A stretch of DNA of 64,000 bases, taken from positions 2,592,001-2,656,000 of the forward strand of contig OZ241362.1 in assembly GCA_965200315.1 (NCBI GenBank). The letters are read 5' to 3'. Source of the stretch: Candidatus Latescibacterota bacterium (GTDB lineage: Bacteria > Latescibacterota > UBA2968 > UBA8231). Shown here piece by piece: positions 27,656-36,453 of the stretch; positions within the stretch are counted from its first letter, which is position 1; the number at the start of each line of letters is the position of its first letter. A model generated the notes under the pieces. The model made no database searches, had not been told where the DNA came from, and was given only the letters and a program-made list of their open reading frames with translations. The position numbers were made by a program, and so were the translations under genes.

Positions 27656-29002
27656 CTAAGGTTGGTTGGCTTCAATTTGAATCTCGCCCGTAAACCCATT
27701 GGCGATCAAACGCTCCGCTAGGGCCTTAGCTGCACTACTAGGCAAGTTTCTATTGGCCCTAATGCCCAGCCGACCACCTACTTTTTCTAGCCTTGCCAAG
27801 CCCGCTACACTCTGCAATTTCTCGTTAAATTGGATGAATAAATGTCCTTCAATAGTCCTAAGTTCGCCGAGCCCAGCCGCGTTGACCAAGGCACTGTTGC
27901 CGAAGATGGATACGTTCCCCCGGATCCTGCTTAGGCGGTGCAGCCCTTCCAAACTGCGCAGCGCTCCATTATCGACGATCAGCAAATCCCCGCCGACGTA
28001 AGCCAAGCGTCGTAGGCCCGCCAAACTTTGCAGCGTGCTGTTGTCGATGAGCAAGAGAAGTCCTTCAATGCGGGCCAAGCGGGCCAAGCCTTCGAGACTG
28101 GGCAGGACGCTATTGGCCTGAATCAACAAATCACCCCCAATGCGCTGGCACCCGGCCAAGCCCGCCAAAGATACCAGCGCATCGTTTTTCTCGACTCTCA
28201 GGCTACCCCCGATCCAACTCAGCTTATCCAAGCCCGCCAAGCACTCCAAGCGGTTGTTGCCAATTACCAACACATTTCCAGCGACGCGCTCAAGCTGCTC
28301 TAGGCCCGCTAGGTCGACCAAGGCCCCATTGCTCTTGATTCGCAAAAAACCGCCCACATCCTCCAGCCGCCGCAGTCCCCCTAGCGCCTGCAACGACCGA
28401 TTGCGCTCGATGGCCAACCCGCCCATTAGGCGTTTGATCCCCCCTAGGCCTACCAGACTCTTTAGCGATCCATTGCCGACGACGAGGACCTGTCCCGCTA
28501 TGGTCTCCAGTCGCTCCAGCCCCTCAATATGGGCGAGGCGGCGATTGAATTGAACCCTGAGCGACCCACCCACGCGATTAATTCGACGCAACCCCTTCAG
28601 ATCAACCAAGGCATTGTTGCGCTCGATGATTAAGCTACCTCCTAATTCCTCCAGAGACCGCAATCCCGCCAAATCCGCGAGTTGGGGGTTGCGCCGAATT
28701 CGCAAACTGCCCCCAATCCTCTTTAGGTGGTGCAGGCCCGCCAAACTTTTCAACGAATCGCTATGCTCAATGCTCAGATCGCCTCCTACATACTCGAGCC
28801 GCTCCAACCCGTGCAGCATCTTCAGTTGGTCGCTCTGCACGAGCAAATGCCCTTCGACAGACCGGCCTGTCAAAGCGCGTAGGTCGGCTGCCGAATCGAC
28901 GACAAACCCTTCTGTTGATTTGTTCGGCTCAACCGCTTTTATCGCGCTAACACTCCAACACAATACCCCAATCAGCGGTACGAGCAGGGCTTTGCGATTC
29001 AT
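27656..29002 (-). CDS. Receptor L-domain/LRR-like repeat secreted protein
   Basis: About 15 regular 25-aa repeats L..L.GL..L..(I/V)GG.L.I..N; basic composition; start MNRKALL gives a signal peptide. Confidence 0.82.
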   Translation of the reverse strand: MNRKALLVPLIGVLCWSVSAIKAVEPNKSTEGFVVDSAADLRALTGRSVEGHLLVQSDQLKMLHGLERLEYVGGDLSIEHSDSLKSLAGLHHLKRIGGSLRIRRNPQLADLAGLRSLEELGGSLIIERNNALVDLKGLRRINRVGGSLRVQFNRRLAHIEGLERLETIAGQVLVVGNGSLKSLVGLGGIKRLMGGLAIERNRSLQALGGLRRLEDVGGFLRIKSNGALVDLAGLEQLERVAGNVLVIGNNRLECLAGLDKLSWIGGSLRVEKNDALVSLAGLAGCQRIGGDLLIQANSVLPSLEGLARLARIEGLLLLIDNSTLQSLAGLRRLAYVGGDLLIVDNGALRSLEGLHRLSRIRGNVSIFGNSALVNAAGLGELRTIEGHLFIQFNEKLQSVAGLARLEKVGGRLGIRANRNLPSSAAKALAERLIANGFTGEIQIEANQP

Positions 29003-29054
29003 TTTGTGTCCCCGGAATAAAGTTTCCCCGGTCAACGCGGTAGGGAACTCAGAG

Positions 29055-30674
29055 TCAGCGAGTAGGTTGGACTATGCGTACAATCTGATTGGCGTCAACA
29101 GCGTCCAACGTCTGGACTTGGCCGTCGGGCCAGCGAATCGCGATATCCGCCTTCGTCGCCCGACCAAGGCCAAAGTGGAGGCGGGGATCGTGGCCGGATA
29201 GATAGCTCCCCCCGGACTGGCGCTCCCGGACCTGACGCACACCGCCCGCGATAACAGTAACGCGGGTCCCTAGCGCATCCCGCTGACCAGTACCGACCAA
29301 GAGGAGTTCGACCCAGTGCTGGCGATTGCCCCCGTCGTTGCGCAACAGACGAGGCCGCCCGGCCACGGTAGTCGCCAGTAGCTCCAGATCGCCGTCGTTG
29401 TCCCAATCGGCCACAGCCGCGCCGCGAACCGCGCTCTCAACGACAAAGTCGGCACCCAACTGGTCGGAGACTTCTTCAAAGTGGGCACCGTCTTGGTTGC
29501 GCAGCATAAGGTCGGGCTGGGCGTAGCGGAGGTCGGCGTCGAGTTGCTCGATATTATCCACCACGTGCCCGTTGCCGACAAATAAATCGAGGTCGCCGTC
29601 ATTGTCGTAGTCCATAAATTTGGTCCCGAACCCCAAGGGCAGATACGTGAGGGCCCCCAAGCCGAAGTGGGCGGTAAAATCGGCAAAGCGCCCCCGGCCA
29701 TCATTCCAGTAGAGGGTGTTGGTCTCGCGCGAGTAATTGGTTACGAAAAGATCGGCGTACCCATCGTTGTCGAAATCGCCGAAGTCAACGCCCATACCGG
29801 CTTCGGCGTGCCCATCTTCGTTGTATTGCACCCCGGCTTGTAGGCCGATCTCGACAAAGCGCGTCTCTTGGTTTTCGTAGAGAAAATTCGGCGTACCATC
29901 GTTGGCCACGTAAATATCCGTATCGCCGTCCAAGTCGCTGTCTGCAAAGGCCACGCCCAGCCCTCGTCCCACCGCACGGATGCCCACCCTCTTGGTCACA
30001 TCGACAAAGCGCCTGCCATCGTTGCGATAGAGCACATCCCCGATGGGTGCGTAGGTGCTTGGCTCGCAGTAAAAGCGAATCGTCCCCCGCTTGCACTCGA
30101 TATTGCCCGGCAAGCTGAAATGCACATAATTGGCCACAAAGAGGTCCAGGTCCCCATCGTTGTCGAAATCCAAAAATCCGCTGCTGGTGCCCCAGCGCCC
30201 GTCGCCCACGCCGGCTATTTGGGTAACGTCTGCAAAGCGCCCGCCGCCGTTATTGCTCAACAGCACATTGGGACCGAAGTTGGTTGCGTAGAGATCTTGA
30301 TCCCCATCGTTGTCGAAATCGCCCGCCGCACATCCCATGCCGTAGCCCCGATCGCCAGTTCCAGACGCGACAGAGAGATCGGCGAAAGTCCCATCGCCAG
30401 CGTTGCGATAAAGGCGATTGATGGGCGAAGTCGGGGGCAGGGCCCCCGAAAGATGGGCACCGTTAATCAGGTATATGTCCTGCCAGCCGTCCCCATCGGC
30501 GTCAAAGAATGCTGCGCCTGCGCCAAAGGTCTCGACATAGTAGTATTCGCCTTGAGCACCGTTGTAGTGTTGGAAGTCAATTCCGGCTTCTTGGGCGACT
30601 TCCCGGTAGCGCACTTGCGCCTGTGCAGCGACGACACAAGCGCACAAGATGGACAATAGTGAGTATCTTCTCAT
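29055..30674 (-). CDS. CRTAC1-family protein (FG-GAP + ASPIC/UnbV)
   Basis: DFDNDGD.DL repeats; GGSYLSGHDPRLHFGLG; RWPDG. Confidence 0.93.
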   Translation of the reverse strand: MRRYSLLSILCACVVAAQAQVRYREVAQEAGIDFQHYNGAQGEYYYVETFGAGAAFFDADGDGWQDIYLINGAHLSGALPPTSPINRLYRNAGDGTFADLSVASGTGDRGYGMGCAAGDFDNDGDQDLYATNFGPNVLLSNNGGGRFADVTQIAGVGDGRWGTSSGFLDFDNDGDLDLFVANYVHFSLPGNIECKRGTIRFYCEPSTYAPIGDVLYRNDGRRFVDVTKRVGIRAVGRGLGVAFADSDLDGDTDIYVANDGTPNFLYENQETRFVEIGLQAGVQYNEDGHAEAGMGVDFGDFDNDGYADLFVTNYSRETNTLYWNDGRGRFADFTAHFGLGALTYLPLGFGTKFMDYDNDGDLDLFVGNGHVVDNIEQLDADLRYAQPDLMLRNQDGAHFEEVSDQLGADFVVESAVRGAAVADWDNDGDLELLATTVAGRPRLLRNDGGNRQHWVELLLVGTGQRDALGTRVTVIAGGVRQVRERQSGGSYLSGHDPRLHFGLGRATKADIAIRWPDGQVQTLDAVDANQIVRIVQPTR

Positions 30675-30762
30675 ATACTAGACAGACGGCTCGGTTACTT
30701 TGACCGGCAATCTAACCACAAACCGGAACACTCGTGCAAATGCACCTAAAAACGGGCAGTCA

Positions 30763-32292
30763 ATGACCCGCTTCTACCTACCTCGCAAAAGGGTTGCGTC
30801 TTGGCTTGGGGCCGTCCTCTGTCTGCTCACTTGCGCCTGTGGACCCAAGGAGCGAGACCCCTTGGTCCGCGCCGGGATGTACGCCTTTGCTCAGGAGCGC
30901 TACAGCGAAGCCATCGTCGCCTTGCACAAGGCGTTGGCCTCACGCGCCGACGATTACGAAGTCCACCACTATCTCGCTCGCTCTTATTTAGCATTGAGTA
31001 AATTCCCCCAAGCCCTGCGCGCGATCGAACACGCGATTGAGCTAGCCCCCCAAAAAGACCAGACGCGCGCCGAGTTGTACGAAGTCCTCGGCATCATTCA
31101 CACGGCCCGCTACACCTCTAGGGCGTATAGCCAAAACCAGCAGCGCGATGTCGAAGCAGCGCGGGCCGCCTTTGAGCAAGCGACCGCGCTCGATCCTCAC
31201 CGGGCAACGGCTTATTACAACTTGGGCCTATTGCACGGCTATCGCAAAGAAGTAGATCAGGCCCAAGCAGCGTACACTGCGGCCTTGGCGGCGGACTCCA
31301 CCTTGGCACCAGCCTACAAAAAATTGGGCAAAATCCAGCGGGAAAAGGGGTTCCCGCCCGAGGCGGCCGGGGCCTTTAAAAAAGCGGTGCGCTTCGACCC
31401 GCAAGACGCCGAAGCGCACTTTCTCTTGGGGCTAGCCCAGCGCGATATGGGCGATAATGAGGCGGCTTTGCAGGCACTACTCAAGGCGACCGAACTCAAC
31501 CCCGACTCGCCCAAGCTCCGCCTCAACCTCGGCAATGTCTATCTCCGCTTGGGCCGCCGCGAAGAGGGCCGGCGGGAAATGGCGCGTTCCGAAAGCCTGC
31601 GCCAGCAGCATCGGGGTCTGCACTCCGAAATCTCCCCACCGACGCACAAATCGCTCCCCATCGGCTCGGCGCGGGATCACTACAATATGGGATTGAAGCA
31701 CCAGATGGCCGGCGAAACCGACCAGGCTTTGTTAGAGTTTCGTCGCGCGGTCGAAATCAAACCCGATCACAAAGACGCCCTCATCGGCCTCGGCCTCCTC
31801 CTCGCCGAGCAAGGCCAACAAAAACAGGCGGCCCGGTATTTTCAGCGGGCTATCGAGCTGGATCGAGAAAATCCCATTCTGTACGTGCATCTGGGCCATG
31901 CTCACCATCAGTCGGGCTTGCTCGCAAGGGCGGCCCAAACCTTTGCCAAGGCGGCCCAACTCGACACCTCCCTCATCGAGCCTCCCTATATGCTCGGTTT
32001 GATCGCCGCCCAGCAACGCCAATTCAAAGTAGCCGCGCGATTTTTTGCCCAAGCCACAGCCCTCGCTCCCCAATACGCCAAAGCCCATTTCAACCTAGGG
32101 GTAGCCCATGCCCAGCTCGGAGACTTTGCTGCGGCTCGTACCGCCTACCAGCGCTTTGTCGAGTTGGAGCCTGAAGATGGGCGCGGATACCTCTACTTGG
32201 GCGATGCGTACGAAGCGCTCGGTTTGCTCGCAGAGAGTCAAAAGCATCGAGCACGTGGTCAGCAGCTTTTGGAACGAGACGAGCGCGATTAG
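30763..32292 (+). CDS. Tetratricopeptide repeat protein, probable lipoprotein
   Basis: Many TPR units (AYYNLG, AHFLLG, AHFNLGVA); lipobox-like LTCAC. Confidence 0.88.
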   Translation: MTRFYLPRKRVASWLGAVLCLLTCACGPKERDPLVRAGMYAFAQERYSEAIVALHKALASRADDYEVHHYLARSYLALSKFPQALRAIEHAIELAPQKDQTRAELYEVLGIIHTARYTSRAYSQNQQRDVEAARAAFEQATALDPHRATAYYNLGLLHGYRKEVDQAQAAYTAALAADSTLAPAYKKLGKIQREKGFPPEAAGAFKKAVRFDPQDAEAHFLLGLAQRDMGDNEAALQALLKATELNPDSPKLRLNLGNVYLRLGRREEGRREMARSESLRQQHRGLHSEISPPTHKSLPIGSARDHYNMGLKHQMAGETDQALLEFRRAVEIKPDHKDALIGLGLLLAEQGQQKQAARYFQRAIELDRENPILYVHLGHAHHQSGLLARAAQTFAKAAQLDTSLIEPPYMLGLIAAQQRQFKVAARFFAQATALAPQYAKAHFNLGVAHAQLGDFAAARTAYQRFVELEPEDGRGYLYLGDAYEALGLLAESQKHRARGQQLLERDERD

Positions 32293-32351
32293 GGGTTAGT
32301 GATTAGTCCCTGCACCACAAGGCCGAGGGGGGAGGAGCCGATCACTGACCA

Positions 32352-34940
32352 CTAATAAGCTACGGCTAGCGTGTGGATCAATTCCTCCTGACCCAACTCA
32401 GCCCCCGACGTATCGGCATCTAGCTGTAGGTGCATTATGTACAAACCCGGCGGCACGAGCGTTCCCTCTTCGTTCCTTCCGTCCCACCCCATCTCGTAAA
32501 TCCCCGAGGCAAAATCCCGCTGCTCGGCTAGCTGGCGCACCAAGCGTCCCGGCAAATCGTAGATAGTCGCCGCAACCTGCTGACTTCCCTCCACCAACAC
32601 CACGGAAAAGCGCAACGCCACCTCGTCGTTGACCCCATCCCCATTGGGCGTCAATACCGCCGGCTCGACCACCAAATCCGCAAAAATTGAGCGCCGCTGC
32701 GGCTGCCCCACCACCAATAACCGATTGCTGCCGACCGTCTCCACAGCTTCCCCGGGATCGACGCGCTGCCAGATTCCCTCCCCATCTTCTCCGCGACGTA
32801 GTTGCACTTTTAGCGGTCCGCCGCGAGAAAACAGACGCCCCGCAAAGTCTATCCGCAACACCGCTACTTCGCTCCCCGGTTCCAGCGGGTCAAAGGACAA
32901 ATGCACCCGGTCCGCTGCCGAAGCCAGCACCTTTGCTGCCAAGGGCGAAAAATCCCCCCCGTCCGCGCTCCCCAACAACCCGTCATACGTCAGTTCCATG
33001 CCCGCCGGTGCTTCCAACAACAACTCGTTGAATCCCCCATCTCCGGCGCCAAACTCGGGTCGCACATACACCGAAAAAGGAGCCGCAGCCCCCAGCCGAT
33101 CCACCTCGCTGGGCACTATCTCTCCCAAGAGGCGTCGCGCCACCGGCTCGGCAAAGTGCAGCCGCAGCCCCGACAAACTCGCCGCCACATCCGGTGCGGC
33201 CGAGCGCAACGTCGCCCGCACCTTGAGAAACTCCCGCGGCGACGGCGAAGTGATGGGGCTACCTTCCGGCTGGTCGTAGGGCACACTCCACGGCTCCCAG
33301 TCTGCACCGGCGACTTCCTCGGACACGGTCTCGCCGCGAAAAATGCTCAATAGTTTGTTGTAGGCCGCTTCGGAGATTTCGGTCCCATCCTTTTTGAAGT
33401 AATGCACGATCTCGCCCAAGGTGTCGCCGGTGCGGGTCTGAAGTTGGACCTCGGTCCCGGGCGGCGTGTGTGCATCCCACTCGAGGGAGACCAAGTTGCG
33501 GCTGCCGCCCAACCGGATCAGGTCCGACTCGAGCTGCACCTCTGGCAAAAACCCCGCGCCAAAAAGTTGTATCTCGCTCAACCGAGTAGCACTGCGGTTG
33601 GGACGGCGCACATGTTCTACTTCAAACACCAAGCGAAAAAAGCGCCCCTTTATCGGGTCGAAGTCATTGCCATCGACGTTGAGGGCCCCGGCAACGCCCC
33701 GCTTTACCTGATCGCGCCGCACGGCCGTGGCCCACTTGAGGCCCCCGTCCACCTCCCGCGAACCGTCCGAAAATTCCAACCGATGGTTGCCAAGGGCGTA
33801 CTCGGTGAAACTCATCCTGTGGCTGTGGACCCAGAAGAACGAACCCAAGTCAATGAACAACTCGTCCTCTAAGCGATTCTCGATGTTGAATAGAGACAGC
33901 CCCTCTACACTGGTCACATCGCCGTCGATCATCAATTGGGGATTGATGCTGCCGGGCACCGTAGTAGAAATGGAGCCATTGCGCCGCAAGGCCCCACTAG
34001 CCAAGTCGTCGCCTTGGGTCCAGACTTCGAGTTCGGCCAACCGGGGTCGCTCGCGCCGAAAGTAGCGTATCGTCCCCCGCCGCTGCGGATCGAGAGCCTC
34101 GTACACTTCCTGTTTGACCACGATTTCCCGCCCGTCGGTTTGGCGCTTGCTATATTCGATGATGCCTCGGTCTTCAGAGGGTAGCTGGTCGTACTCCTCT
34201 GGGGATACCTCGCGGCCGCGGCCAAAATCGCTGGCCTGCACGACCACCTGGACAAAGCGCGCTACAGCCCGGCGCTGGTCGAGCCCTACGGGGTCGAGCT
34301 CGACTTCAAACGTTCGCTGGCTTTTGTTGGGCTTTAGCGTCTGGAGCACCGGAAAAAACTCGAGGCTCGACCCGCCGATTGCCTGCACTGGCTTCTGCCC
34401 GTCCGACACCAGAACGTCAAACAAAAGAAAGGGATCGCCCATTCCCTCCTCGACGAACTTTAGCGCGATTTTGTTGATGAAGACAACGCGGCCCAAATCC
34501 ACGGTAAACCACCACTGAGACGACAGATCTACATCCTCATCAACCGGATCAGGCTCCCAGTACGTAGTCAAGCTGCCATCTAGAGCGGCAGCGACCCCGG
34601 CGCGGTTGGAGCCACCCTGAATGGCGTCGAGGAGGACGATGTCTTCAGGGTCTTTCTTGGAGAGGTAATCTGGAGGGTTATAGCGCAAAAAATCGACAAT
34701 ATCCAGCGCGGCATTGGTGTTTTTGTGGACGCGGTTGGGCCGCACTTCTCCGAGTGGAGAAACTTGGATAGTACCGGGCGCAAATTCCCAGTGCTCCCAG
34801 TGCTCAGGCCCGACGACGACTTGGTTCGCACTGCGGTCGATACGATGCCCTGCTTGAGCCAGCAAATCCTCGGCCCCATGCGACCACAGCACGGCACTGA
34901 CCACCACAAAGCGCGTCAAAAGTTTCGTGCGGATATTCAT
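32352..34940 (-). CDS. Secreted protein with C-terminal FlgD-Ig/CHU_C-type domain (paralog C)
   Basis: Two discoidin-like segments (ALDG...TYW, W.TVDLG, LAELEVW, LSEIQLFG); WEPWS.PY; ITSPSPREFL; LTPNGDGVND; WDGRN..G..VPPGLY. Confidence 0.85.
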   Translation of the reverse strand: MNIRTKLLTRFVVVSAVLWSHGAEDLLAQAGHRIDRSANQVVVGPEHWEHWEFAPGTIQVSPLGEVRPNRVHKNTNAALDIVDFLRYNPPDYLSKKDPEDIVLLDAIQGGSNRAGVAAALDGSLTTYWEPDPVDEDVDLSSQWWFTVDLGRVVFINKIALKFVEEGMGDPFLLFDVLVSDGQKPVQAIGGSSLEFFPVLQTLKPNKSQRTFEVELDPVGLDQRRAVARFVQVVVQASDFGRGREVSPEEYDQLPSEDRGIIEYSKRQTDGREIVVKQEVYEALDPQRRGTIRYFRRERPRLAELEVWTQGDDLASGALRRNGSISTTVPGSINPQLMIDGDVTSVEGLSLFNIENRLEDELFIDLGSFFWVHSHRMSFTEYALGNHRLEFSDGSREVDGGLKWATAVRRDQVKRGVAGALNVDGNDFDPIKGRFFRLVFEVEHVRRPNRSATRLSEIQLFGAGFLPEVQLESDLIRLGGSRNLVSLEWDAHTPPGTEVQLQTRTGDTLGEIVHYFKKDGTEISEAAYNKLLSIFRGETVSEEVAGADWEPWSVPYDQPEGSPITSPSPREFLKVRATLRSAAPDVAASLSGLRLHFAEPVARRLLGEIVPSEVDRLGAAAPFSVYVRPEFGAGDGGFNELLLEAPAGMELTYDGLLGSADGGDFSPLAAKVLASAADRVHLSFDPLEPGSEVAVLRIDFAGRLFSRGGPLKVQLRRGEDGEGIWQRVDPGEAVETVGSNRLLVVGQPQRRSIFADLVVEPAVLTPNGDGVNDEVALRFSVVLVEGSQQVAATIYDLPGRLVRQLAEQRDFASGIYEMGWDGRNEEGTLVPPGLYIMHLQLDADTSGAELGQEELIHTLAVAY

Positions 34941-35376
34941 CGGCGGCCCCTTTCAAAACCGTGGGAAATCCGAGTTTTAGAGGTCCATATTCGGGGGAAT
35001 CTAATGCCCCTTTGGTCGAGGAACAACATTTGCCATCCTATGGCAGCCCGGAATGACTTGAACGATTCGAGATGCAGATCGTCTTGTTTCTACTATTCTG
35101 CGCCCATCTGCGGATCATCGCTGGGTAGCGCGGTCGTCTCGCCCGCTGGCCGGCCAGAGGCGGCCCACCCAAGGACTCACGTACGGACCACCAAGCACCG
35201 GCGGTACCAAGGCGATGAGAGCACAACGCTGCAAGCTCCGCAAGTGATTTAGGACTGCCATAGCAAGTCTGCATGAGTGTGCGCGGCTTGAAGGAGGTGG
35301 CTGGCTTGTCGAGGAGCACCCGAACGCGTTGCCCACAAGCTGCCAGCCGTCTGCTTCCAACCAAGGTTCCCACACA

Positions 35377-35408
35377 CAAACAGGGGCCTCACACGAGGCC
35401 CCTGTTTG
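35377..35408 (-). terminator. Hairpin/terminator after the FlgD-tail remnant
   Basis: Perfect 14-bp stem CAAACAGGGGCCTC-ACAC-GAGGCCCCTGTTTG. Confidence 0.7.
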
Positions 35409-35438
35409 CTATACCCTACCTTGCTGCGCGTGTTGCGC

Positions 35439-36100
35439 TTACTTGAGCAGCACCATCTTCCCCACCGCGGCGAACTCGCCGGCCTGCAAGCGGTATAAAT
35501 ACAGGCCCGACGACAGGCTCTGCCCGTGGTCGTCGGTCGCGTCCCACTCGACGACGTAGCGCCCGGCGTTTTGCGGCTCGGACACCAGCGTCCGCACGGC
35601 CTGCCCTATTACATTATAAATGGTTAGCTCCACCGGCCCAGCGTGCGGCAGCGCGTGTCAGAGCCGGCCTACACGTACAGCCGCGCTGCGTCGTTTAAGC
35701 CGACCGCGGTCGGCACGGCCTTACCGGCCGCCTCGTGTTTGTGGGCTAAGAAGCGCTCAAAAAACGCGCTCCGGGACCTGGAGGTCGATACGCCCGGAGC
35801 CGCTGCGACGCGCTCCCCGACGGTCCCCTGTAGAGTGCTGACCACGCCGCTGTACGAGCCACCCGACGCGGCGGGTGTCACCGACGCCGTAGCCGCGTCG
35901 CCGACTGCGGCACGTTCCAGTTGGCCGGCGTAAACGTCAGCGACGACCGGCAGGTGTCCACCGCGCTAACCGGGGTTCGCCAAATCGTCACCGACACCGT
36001 GCTCGTCGGCTCTTTGGCTAAAGGCCACCGTGTAGCGGGCGGATGAACCCTCGGCGATGGACAGGGTCGCGGGGTTGAGCACCAAGGCCACGTCAGCGCT
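35439..36100 (-). pseudogene. Collapsed remnant of a large FlgD-Ig-tailed surface protein
   Basis: Intact tail VELTIYNVIGQAVRTLV...WDATDDHGQSLSSGLYLYRL...KMVLLK; upstream out-of-frame fragments AAGKAVPTAVGL and ALVLNPATLSIAEGSSARYTV; no continuous ORF. Confidence 0.7.
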
Positions 36101-36224
36101 GTTGGATTCCGACTGGTCGGGCTGCGTCAGTGGTTAAAATTCATTGACAAGCGAAGGAGGCCAAACGCAGCTTAGGCCCGACGACAGGGCTAACCTTCTC
36201 ATCCGCCGAAAGAGGAGGGGCAAA

Positions 36225-36389
36225 ATGACTACCAGTCAAGCTCCGGCGCAGGAGACCTACCGCGCCACAACTTTTGCCGACTCCAAGCCCGAACTCGCCG
36301 CACCCGGTGCTACGCCCGAGCGCTTGGACCATCGGCGAGCGCAAGAAAACCGGGGCCCGCCTGCGGACGAGACGACCGCCCTATCGTAG
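36225..36389 (+). CDS. Small hypothetical protein (54 aa) or gene remnant
   Basis: AGGAGGGG RBS 4 nt before ATG; TTGACA at 36144. Confidence 0.4.
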   Translation: MTTSQAPAQETYRATTFADSKPELAAPGATPERLDHRRAQENRGPPADETTALS

Positions 36390-36453
36390 GAATGATGTAG
36401 GATTGCCATATGAGGACGGACAGAGGACTTAACAACGTTGAGAAAGGAACGCG

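Noticed and set aside
32296-32352. Short imperfect inverted repeat (GTTAGTGATTAG / CCGATCACTGAC) between convergent genes
   Set aside because: It is too short and mismatched to call a terminator or element.
13761-34940. Canonical T9SS, SusCD locus or flagellar genes
   Set aside because: No PorK/L/M/N, SprA, SusC/SusD or flagellar structural motifs were recognised; FlgD here refers only to the Ig-like tail.
34960-35370. Possible ncRNA or small ORFs in the intergenic region
   Set aside because: No recognisable RNA motif, RBS-supported ORF or repeat structure was found; the region is left unannotated.
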